Positions 55,301 through 64,000 of a stretch of 64,000 bases of DNA are shown in pieces. Each line of letters starts with the position of its first letter. The stretch's first letter is position 1. This stretch comes from an uncultured Chloroflexia bacterium (GTDB lineage Bacteria; Chloroflexota; Limnocylindria; Limnocylindrales; CSP1-4). The notes under the pieces are model-generated. The model was not told where the DNA came from and did no database searches. It saw nothing but the letters and a program-made list of their open reading frames with translations. The stretch lies in NCBI GenBank assembly GCA_963828165.1, contig CAWHDR010000001.1, positions 2,080,001-2,144,000 on the forward strand, written 5' to 3'. Both the position numbers and the translations under genes were made by a program.

Positions 55301-55804
55301 ATGACGGTCGTCGAGCGGACGCGATACCTGGTGGAGCCCGGGGCGGGGGAGATGATCTGGGACGGCCCGATCGACACCACCGTCAAGGTGCCGACGGAGA
55401 CGACGCACGGGGCGCTATCGATCACCGAGATGGCGGTCAAGCCCGGGTTCATGGTGCCGCCACACGTCCACAGCGACACCGACGAGTGGTCGTACGTGCT
55501 CTTCGGGCGTATCGGCGCGCGGATCGGCGACGACGAGTTCACCGCCGAACCCGGCAGCTGGATCCTCAAGCCGCGCGGCCTGATGCACACCTTCTGGAAT
55601 GCCGGGCCCGAGCCGGCTCGCATCATCGAGCTGCTGACGCCCGGCGCCTTCGAGCACATGTTCCGCGGGATGGCCGACCTCGCGGCGTGCGACGAGCTGA
55701 CCGCCGAACGGATGGATAGCCTGGGCGTCGAGTTCGGGACGACGATGGACATGGCATGGGTGCCCGACCTGGCGGCCCGGTACGGAGTCGAGGTCGCGCT
55801 CTAG
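55301..55804 (+). CDS. cupin domain protein
   Basis: VPPHVHSDTDE, KPRGLMHTFWNAG; GGAGG RBS. Confidence 0.9.
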   Translation: MTVVERTRYLVEPGAGEMIWDGPIDTTVKVPTETTHGALSITEMAVKPGFMVPPHVHSDTDEWSYVLFGRIGARIGDDEFTAEPGSWILKPRGLMHTFWNAGPEPARIIELLTPGAFEHMFRGMADLAACDELTAERMDSLGVEFGTTMDMAWVPDLAARYGVEVAL

Positions 55805-55884
55805 AGACGGGTCGGTGCCGCCGCCCCCGAAGAAGAGCCTGGAGCATCCGGCACACAGGCGGTGGGATCGACCCGATATGCGAG

Positions 55885-56751
55885 CTAGCCAACGAACCGA
55901 GCGACCACGGCCGCGGTCGCGTCCGGTTGCTCGAGCTGGGGTAGGTCCCCGGCGCCCTCGATGGTGATCCGTTCCAGGTGGGCGTTCGCGGCGACAAGCG
56001 ATTCCGCGGCCGCGGGGTCGGTGAAGTGCGGGTGATCCCCGAAGAGGAGGAGCGTCGGGTTCGAGAGCCGCTGGTAGGCGTCCTCGGCGCGTGGATCATT
56101 GAGTAGTCCGGAGACGAATGCCAGCGGAGCCCGGTAGGCGCCCGGCTGCTGGCTTGTGTGCCAGCAGTACCGCTCGTACTCGCGCGGGACCCCCTCCGGA
56201 TGCGCGAAGGTCTGCCGGAGGAACCAGCGGATCACCTGGCGCCGAGCGAGCACCGCGAAGATCAGCCGACCGACCCCCGTCCGACGCAGGAACCGATAAA
56301 GGTTCCGCGAGGATCGGCCGGCGCTGCCTTTGAAGCGGCCGAATCCGGTCGGACTGATGAAGACGATGCGACCGAAACGGTCCGGATGCTCCGCGGCCGC
56401 GACGACGACGTACTGCGCCGGAAGGGAGAGGGCGACGACATCGACCGAGGCCTCGCCCGGCTGCAGGGCGGCCACCCGGATACGTTCGAGCTGCTCGCCA
56501 TAGAGTTCCCAGCCATATGGCGCGTCGGGCCGATCAGATGTCCCGAACCCGAGCCAGTCGACCAGCACCACCCGCCGATGCTCCGCCAGCCGGATGGCCA
56601 GCGGAGCCAGCTCCATGCCGGTACCGGCTGCGTTGAAGCTGTGCAGGAGCAGGATCGTTCGTCCCTCGCCCAGCTGATAGGCGCTCACCCTGCCGGCCGC
56701 GGTCTCCAGATCAAATGGGACACCGGCTACGGGAGGCGGCAGGGGGTTCAC
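55885..56751 (-). CDS. alpha/beta hydrolase-fold protein with non-canonical catalytic motifs
   Basis: LLLHS, VDWLGFGTSDRP, VALSLP, ISPTG, GAGDLPQLEQP; GTGA overlap with upstream gene. Confidence 0.85.
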   Translation of the reverse strand: MNPLPPPVAGVPFDLETAAGRVSAYQLGEGRTILLLHSFNAAGTGMELAPLAIRLAEHRRVVLVDWLGFGTSDRPDAPYGWELYGEQLERIRVAALQPGEASVDVVALSLPAQYVVVAAAEHPDRFGRIVFISPTGFGRFKGSAGRSSRNLYRFLRRTGVGRLIFAVLARRQVIRWFLRQTFAHPEGVPREYERYCWHTSQQPGAYRAPLAFVSGLLNDPRAEDAYQRLSNPTLLLFGDHPHFTDPAAAESLVAANAHLERITIEGAGDLPQLEQPDATAAVVARFVG

Positions 56752-57596
56752 GCCCGCGCCCGCAGCTCTTCGATCAGGTCGCCGAGCCCGCGCGGATCGG
56801 CGACCCAGCCGTCCGCACCGAGATCGAGCGCCACGCGCCCGTCCGGGATCGCGTTTCCGCCGACCAGGCGGGGAACCGACGGACGTTCGCGAAGGGCGGC
56901 GGCCAGAAGGCGTCCGGCCGCCGGACGGCGCTCGGTGTCGACGACACTCACGACGACCGCGGCGAGAGATCCCGCACCACGAATTGCAGCGACGAGCGAC
57001 GCGGCCGGCGTGTCGGGGCCCAGGTTGAGCACCCCGTAGCCGGCTTCCGTCAGGATGTCGGCGAGCATCGCTACCCCGAGTCCGTGACGCTCGCCGGATG
57101 GCATCGCCAGGATGACGATGTCCTTCTTGCGGCCCGGGCGCACGAACCGAGGGCCCAGGCGTCCGATCAGGGTCGTGGCCACGCTGCTCGCGAGATGCTC
57201 CTGATCGATGGTGATCGCGCCGTCCTGCCATGACGCCCCGATGGCGTGCAACGACGGTGCCAGGATGCGGACATGGACCTCGGCCGGCGCGAAGCCCGAG
57301 GCCATGGCAGCCTCGATGACTTGCCAACTACCGGCGACGTCCCCGCTGAGCATCCGCGCCTGAAGTCGCTCCTGCCACACCGACACCCGCGGATGGCTAC
57401 GCCCGCGGCGGCGGCGACCACGTTCGGGCGGCGTCGGCGTCCGCTCGAGATCGGCGCGAGCGATCGTCCACGTCCCTCCGACCTTCCGGGCGGGCAGGAT
57501 CCCCAGCCGGACTCGACGATAGATCGTCATGTAGTGGACGCCGAGAAGATCGGCGGCCTCGTGCAGGCTGAGATGACGTGCGGGGTCCGACGGCAT
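56748..57596 (-). CDS. excisionase-type HTH + cobalamin-binding domain regulator
   Basis: LSLHEAADLLGVHYMTIYRRVRLGILPARK; W-x9-EH (WQDGAITIDQEH); ERHGLG (ExHxxG); NLGPDTP; LVGG. Confidence 0.9.
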   Translation of the reverse strand: MPSDPARHLSLHEAADLLGVHYMTIYRRVRLGILPARKVGGTWTIARADLERTPTPPERGRRRRGRSHPRVSVWQERLQARMLSGDVAGSWQVIEAAMASGFAPAEVHVRILAPSLHAIGASWQDGAITIDQEHLASSVATTLIGRLGPRFVRPGRKKDIVILAMPSGERHGLGVAMLADILTEAGYGVLNLGPDTPAASLVAAIRGAGSLAAVVVSVVDTERRPAAGRLLAAALRERPSVPRLVGGNAIPDGRVALDLGADGWVADPRGLGDLIEELRARA

Positions 57597-58387
57597 CAGC
57601 CCGCCAGCGTCCCCGCGAAGACCTGCCAGGCGAGCGCCGACTTCGCGACCAGGCTGAGCACGAAATAGGCCCTCTCGCCGAACACGTACGACTTCCATCG
57701 ACCGACCCGCCGGTATTGGAGCCACATGTTAAGCGCGAAGATGTTGAAGAAGACGAAGAGCGAGACGAAGATCGCGTAGACGAAGGCGGGCGGCTCGGCG
57801 GCGCTACCGGGCGACCAGAGGTAGACGCCCACGGCCAACCACGGCGCGATCCCGACGACGCATCCAAGCCAGAACGGCCAAAGCGAACCGCCCGGTCGCT
57901 CGTATCGCTCCTGGACCGCACCGAAGAGGATCATGGCCGCATTGGCCGCGAAGATGCCGATCAGCGCCGCGATATCGCTGATCCCGGTGAGCATGGCGAT
58001 GAGCGCGATCATGACCGACGATGAGAGCGAATACTCGGCCCAGCGGAAGTAGTTGTGCTGCGCCGCCAGGCCGGAGGTGTAGCGCTCGAAGACACCGGGC
58101 ACCGCCACGAGCCAGTGGAAGGCTGCGGACAGCAGCAGGAAGAGCGCGACGCCCCACGCCACGGAGACTTCGAACAGGGTGGTCGGCGGGCCTGCGGGAG
58201 TTCCCGGTGGGCCCTCCATGAACGTCGCGGTGACCGGCAGCGCGAAGGCGGTGGCGAGCGCGAGCACGGCCACGGCCTGGACGGCATGGAGGAAGCCAAG
58301 CCCGATGTTCCAGCGCCGCAGCGACGCGACCTGGGAGCCGGGGAGTTCGACGATGGGCGCGGTCATGGATTGGCCGGTGGCGATCAC
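57596..58387 (-). CDS. heR: heliorhodopsin
   Basis: HAVQ in TM1, SAAFH, NYFRWAEYSLSSSVM, GERAYFVLSLVAKSALAW (SxxxK retinal Lys); seven hydrophobic segments. Confidence 0.95.
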   Translation of the reverse strand: MIATGQSMTAPIVELPGSQVASLRRWNIGLGFLHAVQAVAVLALATAFALPVTATFMEGPPGTPAGPPTTLFEVSVAWGVALFLLLSAAFHWLVAVPGVFERYTSGLAAQHNYFRWAEYSLSSSVMIALIAMLTGISDIAALIGIFAANAAMILFGAVQERYERPGGSLWPFWLGCVVGIAPWLAVGVYLWSPGSAAEPPAFVYAIFVSLFVFFNIFALNMWLQYRRVGRWKSYVFGERAYFVLSLVAKSALAWQVFAGTLAG

Positions 58388-58465
58388 GGCTGTTCCTTCG
58401 CGGTATGAGGCTGGGGTCTGGGGTGACGGATGGGCGCTGTGTCAGATGATCAACTCGACCGGCGC

Positions 58466-58494
58466 AGTATTTAGCACTAAATCCGATCTGTCAA
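58466..58494 (-). promoter_or_regulatory. heliorhodopsin operon promoter with palindromic operator in the spacer
   Basis: TTGACA (58494-58489)-N17-AATACT; ATTTAG-CA-CTAAAT at 58469-58482. Confidence 0.6.
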
Positions 58495-58617
58495 GCAAGG
58501 ATCCCGCGAGGTCGTGACAGGAGTCGACGCCGGTTGGTACATCTGTCCATAGGTCCCACCACCTCGACAGCTGACAGTTCGCTACGCAACTACCTGCTAT
58601 CGAGGAACTGTCACCAC

Positions 58618-59058
58618 ATGCGTACCCACCGACCCCTGATCTCCGCCCTCCTTGCCCTCGTCGCGCTTGCGGGATTCGCCCCCGCTGCCCTCGGCGCCGG
58701 CGCGACCACCCAGACCTTCCGCGACTCGTTCCAGCTCATCGACGACCACGGCGATGAGGCGTACATCTTCGACGTCGAAGCGGTCTCCCACCTGACCACG
58801 CGCCCGGACGGGACGATGTCCGTGACCTACAACCAGCGACAGGTGCAAACGCACACGGTCGGGGGCGTGGTCGTCGACGTCATCATCTCGAACTCGGCGC
58901 AGCACTCGCTGTCGCTCGGCGAGGACATGACGTTCGTGAGCCACACCAGCGCGCACGATCGCTACAGAGCGGGCGACGATGCCTGCCAGACCACGACCCT
59001 GTGGCAGGTCGTGGACAACGAGCTTGTCATGCAGCACTTCAAGAGCGTCTGCCCGTAG
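58618..59058 (+). CDS. secreted hypothetical protein
   Basis: GAGGA RBS, signal peptide, beta-rich, two Cys. Confidence 0.7.
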   Translation: MRTHRPLISALLALVALAGFAPAALGAGATTQTFRDSFQLIDDHGDEAYIFDVEAVSHLTTRPDGTMSVTYNQRQVQTHTVGGVVVDVIISNSAQHSLSLGEDMTFVSHTSAHDRYRAGDDACQTTTLWQVVDNELVMQHFKSVCP

Positions 59059-59160
59059 GGGACGACAGGCCGGGGAGGGCCGGCGAACCGATCCTCCCCT
59101 ACGCCCTCACGTGAGCCGTACCCGGCGGCCCGAGCGGTCGACTGGTACATTCCCGCCGGG

Positions 59161-60045
59161 ATGAAGCACTTCTTGGCCAGCCTGCGCCCGGATCGCGACT
59201 TCGAGGCGGCCCGTACCGCCCTCGACGAAGGTCGATTTGACGACGCGGAGTCGGGCTTTCGAGCCGAGATCGAGGCCGGCAGGGGGACACCGGCGACCTG
59301 GTTCAACCTTGGACTGGTCTACAAGTTCCGGCACGACTGGGCGAACGCACGGGAGGCGAATTTGCGATGCCTGGAGCTTCGACCGGGGGACCATGAAGCG
59401 ACCTGGAACCTCGGCGTCGCCGCGACGGCGCTGCGCGACTGGTCGACGGCACGGGACGCCTGGCGCGGCCTGGCGATCGATGTCGGCGACGGCGAGGGCG
59501 AGCCGATCACCGATCTCGGACCAGCGCCCATCCGGCTCAACGCCGGTCCGGACGGGGAGGGTGAGGTGGTCTGGGGAACGCGGATCGATCCGTGCCGCTC
59601 GCGCATCGAGTCGATCCCGCTGCCGGAATCGGGTCATCGATGGCACGACGTCGTCCTGCATGACGTCGTCCCACGCGGCGAGCGGATGATCCAGGGGTAC
59701 AAGCGATCGGTCTTCGACGAGCTCGAGCGGATGGACCCGTCCCCCGCGCCGACCCACGTCGCCGAGATCGCCTGGTCGACCGACGCAGACGAGGAGGCTC
59801 TCCAGGCCGAGATCCTGGATCGAGACCTGGGCGGCGAGGACTGGAGCCAGAACCTCCAGATGATCTGCGCGGCGTGCAGCCTCGCCAGCGTCCACGAACA
59901 CGACGGCGTCGAGGCGCCGCAAGTTGGGGTCCACCGGTTCGCCTTCGCCGGCGACACGCAGCACATCACCGACGCGCTGCGCGCCTGGGCGTCGAACGGC
60001 GACGGCAAGCGTGTCGTGCTGACCGAACCCGAGGTCGTCGGCTAG
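59161..60045 (+). CDS. tetratricopeptide repeat protein
   Basis: WFNLGLVYK, ATWNLGVAATALRDW; C-terminal CAAC. Confidence 0.85.
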   Translation: MKHFLASLRPDRDFEAARTALDEGRFDDAESGFRAEIEAGRGTPATWFNLGLVYKFRHDWANAREANLRCLELRPGDHEATWNLGVAATALRDWSTARDAWRGLAIDVGDGEGEPITDLGPAPIRLNAGPDGEGEVVWGTRIDPCRSRIESIPLPESGHRWHDVVLHDVVPRGERMIQGYKRSVFDELERMDPSPAPTHVAEIAWSTDADEEALQAEILDRDLGGEDWSQNLQMICAACSLASVHEHDGVEAPQVGVHRFAFAGDTQHITDALRAWASNGDGKRVVLTEPEVVG

Positions 60046-60105
60046 CGTCGTTGGAACGCATCTGCTGTTTCGATATCCTGTGCACCCGATGCAGAGGAGT
60101 CGACG

Positions 60106-60636
60106 ATGGCGACACACGGACCAGCCACGACCGGCGCGCGCCTCAAGGTGATCCAGCCCGGCCACGGTCGTACCGGCGTCCTCCTCCCAGGCGTAGGAGT
60201 GGTCTTCAAGATCGACAGCGAGGACACCGGCGGAGCCCTCTCGATCGTTGAGCATCCGTTCGCGGTCGGAGCGCTCGTGCCGCCGCACATCCACACGCGC
60301 GAGGACGAATACTCGATCGTGCTTGAGGGCGAGATCGGCTTCCGCTCGGAGGACCAGGAGGTGGTCCTCGGCGCCGGGGGATACATCATCAAGCCGCGCA
60401 ATCAGGTCCACGCGATGTGGAATGCCGGGTCGACGCCTGCGCGCATGATCGAGGTGATCTCGCCGCCGGGCTTCGAGCGGTTCTTCGGTGAGTTGGTCGA
60501 CATGACGTCGGTCGGCGAACCCGATTCCGACGAGCTGGAGCGCCTTGGCGACCGCTACGGCGTCCCGTCGGCTGAGCCTGATTGGCTTGCGGACGTCATC
60601 GCCAGGTACAACCTCACGCCGCTGCCGGACGCCTAG
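60106..60636 (+). CDS. cupin domain protein (paralog of 55301-55804)
   Basis: VPPHIHTREDE, KPRNQVHAMWNAG. Confidence 0.9.
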   Translation: MATHGPATTGARLKVIQPGHGRTGVLLPGVGVVFKIDSEDTGGALSIVEHPFAVGALVPPHIHTREDEYSIVLEGEIGFRSEDQEVVLGAGGYIIKPRNQVHAMWNAGSTPARMIEVISPPGFERFFGELVDMTSVGEPDSDELERLGDRYGVPSAEPDWLADVIARYNLTPLPDA

Positions 60637-60705
60637 GGCCACCGCCCGGATGCCCACCGGAACCGGTCTGCCCATAGCGAAGGACCGAGACGTCGAAGGT
60701 AAAGG

Positions 60706-63700
60706 CTAGCTGCAGCCGGACGTGCTCCCGCAGTTGAGGCACTTGTAGCAACTGCCGTTGCGGACCATGATCGAGCCGCAGTCGGCGCAGCTCGGGGCGT
60801 CCGCCTGGGTCTGGAAGCTCACCTTCGTGGCCCCCAGGTTCAACGTGATGGCCGACGTTCCGCCACCGTTCCCGTTGCCCGTCTTGCTGCCACCGTTCGC
60901 GGCATGCCCTTCCATTGGTCGCGATGACCTTCAGGGCATCCCCGGGAGCAGCGTCAGCCGGTGACGCCGCCACGGCCGTGGCCTTGGGCGACATCCGAGT
61001 CACCGGATTGGGCCTCCGAGGCGGTCGGAGGAGACGCCGCCTCGGAGGTCTCGGTGTGGGCCCCCTCACCATCTGAGCCGATCCCAGGCGCGGCCGCCAA
61101 GGTGGACGGAGTTTCATTGCTAGGTGCCACAGGCCGGGCTACCGGGTCAGGGCTCGGCGCAGCAAGGCGCTGGGCGCCGAAGGCGGTTGTGCCTTGCGGA
61201 GCCGAGTCCTGGCCCGACACCTCAACCTGAGACCGATCGATGAGCCCCAGGCTCGCCTTGTCGTCCGTGTCCAGGAACCGCGACCCCAGCCACCGGAAGA
61301 TGTAGTCCACGATGCTCTTCGCGATCGGGATCTCCTGGTTGCCGGTGAACCCGGACGGCTCGAACCGGACGTGCGCGAACTTGTTGACGAGGTCCTTGAA
61401 CGGCACGCCGTACTGGAGTGCCACCGACACCGTCGTCGCGAAGGAGTCCATCAACCCCGAGACCGTGGACCCCTCCTTGGCCATCTTCAGGAAGATCTCG
61501 CCCGGCTGTCCGTCCGGATACAGCCCGACGGTGATGTAGCCCTCGTGGCCCGAGATCTCGAACTTGTGCGTGACCGCGGTCCGCTCGGACGGCAGGCGCC
61601 GGCGATGGGGGAGGGCCGCCTCGGCCTGGGCCTTGGCGAGCTGCTTCTTGAGGTCGGTGACGACCGCCGTGTCGACGACGTCGCCGTTCGTCTTGGAGGT
61701 GCTCAGCGGCTGCGAGCGCTTCGAGTTGTCGCGGTAGACCGCGATCGCCTTGAGGCCGAGCTTCCAGCCCTCGAGGTAGACCTGCTCGATCTCCTTGGCC
61801 GTGGCCGCCTCCGGCATGTTCACGGTCTTGGAGATGGCGCCCGAGATGAACGGCTGGATGGCGCCCATCATCCGGACGTGGCCCATGTAGTGGATGGACC
61901 GCGTGCCGTTGGCCGGCTTGAAGGCGCAGTCGAAGACCGACAGGTGCTCGGCCTTGATGTGCGGGGCGCCTTCGATGGTCTCGCGCTCGGTCAGGTAGTC
62001 GAGGATCTCGCTCGTCTGGTCGGCGGTGTAGCCGAGCTTCTTGAGCGCCGCCGGGACGGTCTGGTTGACGATCTTGAGGAAGCCCTCGCCGACCAGCTTC
62101 TTGTACTTGATGAGCGCGATGTCCGGCTCCACGCCGGTCGTGTCGCAATCCATCATGAAGGCGATCGTGCCAGTGGGCGCGAGCACGGTGACCTGCGCGT
62201 TGCGATAGCCGTGCTTCTTGCCGAGTTCGAGCGCCTCGTCGTAGACGATCTTGGCGTGGTCGATCAGGGTCGTGGGCACGCCCTGGGTCGGGATGCGGTA
62301 CGCGGCGTCACGGTGCTTGCCGATGACGCGCAGGAACGGCGCTTCGTTGACCTTGTACTCGGCGAACGGGCCGCCGTGGTCGCGGGCGATGATCGCCGAC
62401 TGCTTGTACGCCTCGCCGTGCATGATCGCGGTCAGGGCCGCGGCGTAGTTGCGCCCCTCGTCCGAGTCGTAGGCGAGACCGCGGCTCATCAGCAGCGCGC
62501 CGAGGTTGGCGTAGCCCAGGCCGAGCGGGCGGAACTTGTGCGAGTTCTCCTCGATCTTGGGCGTCGGGTAGCTGGCGTTATCGACCAGGATCTCCTGGGC
62601 CGTCAGCGTCACCTTGGCCGCGAACCGGTACGCCTCGGGGTCGAACTCGCCGTCCGCGTCGACGAACTTCATCAGGTTGAGTGAGGCGAGGTTGCAGGCG
62701 GTGTCGTTGAGGAACATGTACTCGGAGCACGGGTTGCTCGCGTGGATGCGATCCGTGTTCGCGGACGTGTGCCAGTCGTTGATCGTCGTGTCGTACTGGA
62801 TGCCCGGGTCGCCGCACAGGTGCGCGGCTTCGGCCATCTTGCGGAAGATGTCGCGGGCCTTGTAGGTGTCCATCGGCTCGCCGCCGACCACGGCGTGGGT
62901 CGTCCACTCCTGGTCCTGCTCGACCGCGCGCATGAAGTCGTCCGTGACGCGGACGCTGTGGTTGGCGTTCTGGAAGAAGACGGAGCCGTAGGCCTCGCCG
63001 GTGAAGCTCGGGTCGTAGCCGGCCTCGATCAGCGCCCAGGCCTTCTGCTCTTCGTGCGCCTTCGAATCGATGAACTCGAGGACGTCCGGATGGCCGGCGT
63101 CGAGGATCACCATCTTGGCCGCGCGGCGGGTCTTGCCGCCCGACTTCACGACGCCGGCGAAGGCGTCATAGCCCTTCATGAAGGAGACGGGGCCGCTTGC
63201 CGTGCCGCCGCCGGCCATCTTCTCCCTGGAAGAGCGGATCGTGGACAGGTTGCTGCCCGCGCCCGAGCCGAACTTGAAGAGCATCGCCTCGGTCTTGGCG
63301 AGGTCCATGATGCTGCTCATCGTGTCCTGGACCGAGTTGATGAAGCACGCGGAGCACTGCGGCTGCTTCTCGATCCCGACGTTGAACCAGACCGGCGAGT
63401 TGAAGGCCATCTTCTGGTGGACGATGAGGTGGGTCAGCTCGGCCTTGAAGGTCGCCAGGTCCTCGTCGCTCGCGAAGTAGCGCTGGGTCTCCGCCCAGGA
63501 GGCGATCGTGTTGACGACGCGATCGATGAGCTGCTTGACGCTCGTCTCACGCTCCGGGGTGTTGAGGTGCCCGCGGAAGTACTTGGACACCACGACGTTC
63601 GTGGCGAGCTGGGACCAGAAGTTGGGGACCTCGACGTCCTTCTGCTCGAAGACGCGACTTGCCGCTTTCGTTGGCGATGCCGGCGGTCCGGTACTCCCAG

Positions 63701-63946
63701 GTGATCTCGTCGTAGGGATGGACGCCTGGGCGGGTCCAGCGGCGCTCGAAGGTCAGGCCCTTGGCGGGCTTGCCGTTGGGATCCGTGCCGTCGAAGCTCG
63801 CGCCGTATGGGCCGGCGTGGCGGCGTGGCGTTGCTTGGCGGGTGGCTGTGGCGAGGGGCCGAGGCCGCGCCCGACTTGGCGGTCGCCTCCGACTTGGGCT
63901 GCTTCGTGTCGTGCTCGGCGACGCCGCTGGTCGTGGCTCGGGCCAT
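60706..63946 (-). CDS. nrdJ: vitamin B12-dependent (class II) ribonucleotide reductase with TSCPD domain and C-terminal zinc ribbon; about four apparent frameshifts
   Basis: FNSPVWFN, QCSACFI, GGKTRRAAKM, ASNPCSEY, LAPTGTI, GAISKTVN, RRRLP, CADCG...CLNCGSTSGCS; ends lie in other frames; GGAGGAG RBS before ATG 63946. Confidence 0.92.
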
Positions 63947-64000
63947 CTGATGCTCCTCCGTGTCCATCCCGCGCGGTAGCTGCCGCGTTTCCGTTGTCGT

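Noticed and set aside
56748-57596. Excisionase suggesting a mobile element
   Set aside because: The HTH is fused to a B12-binding domain within an operon, and no recombinase is nearby
58471-58480. TTAGCACT resembles a CIRCE (HrcA) half-site
   Set aside because: The second arm GAGTGCTAA at N9 spacing is absent; the local palindrome explains it better
60706-60915. Independent small zinc-ribbon gene (nrdJb-like split)
   Set aside because: No SD; it reads as the normal NrdJ C-terminal tail displaced by indels
1-64000. Numerous long overlapping or antisense ORFs in the six-frame track (e.g. 33287-35659 -, 59107-60675 -, 61194-62684 +)
   Set aside because: Shadow ORFs expected at high GC: Arg/Pro/Gly-rich, no motifs, opposite well-supported genes
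63947-64000. Cobalamin riboswitch or NrdR boxes upstream of nrdJ
   Set aside because: Only 54 nt are available and no such motif is recognisable

Overview
High-GC bacterial chromosomal window with about 65 protein-coding genes. I found no rRNA, tRNA, CRISPR array, transposase or integrase. Gene content (F420/LLM enzymes, Gram-positive-type LexA box, leaderless genes, PPTDT-type sorting tail) suggests Chloroflexota or Actinomycetota; this is inference only. Most of the window is accessory metabolism (cupins, VOC proteins, LLM and nitroreductase enzymes, hydrolases). Four things stand out. (1) A dispersed light/photo-oxidative stress module: two CarH/LitR-like MerR-B12 regulators with near-identical divergent promoters (one driving DUF378-fasciclin, the other DUF4397-SDR-SRPBCC and a ufaD/ufaO/cfa-like fatty-acid modification cluster), plus a translationally coupled operon of heliorhodopsin, an excisionase-HTH/B12-binding regulator and a degenerate alpha/beta hydrolase. 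(2) A lower-GC nine-gene minus-strand island (42932-48891) with three different signal-peptide-less peptidoglycan hydrolases (M15-like, GH24 lysozyme fused to endonuclease I, NlpC/P60), two hydrolases, a 4TM protein and three small proteins, with no phage or mobility genes. This is the best candidate for an undescribed system. (3) A 2581-aa secreted protein with an RHS/WapA-like N-terminus, Ig repeats and a HEXXH peptidase, lying between two matching SigG-type promoters. (4) RBS-sequestering 5' leaders on a cold-shock gene and a zinc-ribbon gene. nrdJ and one VOC gene carry frameshifts that are probably sequencing or assembly indels. All family calls come from motif recognition, not database searches.
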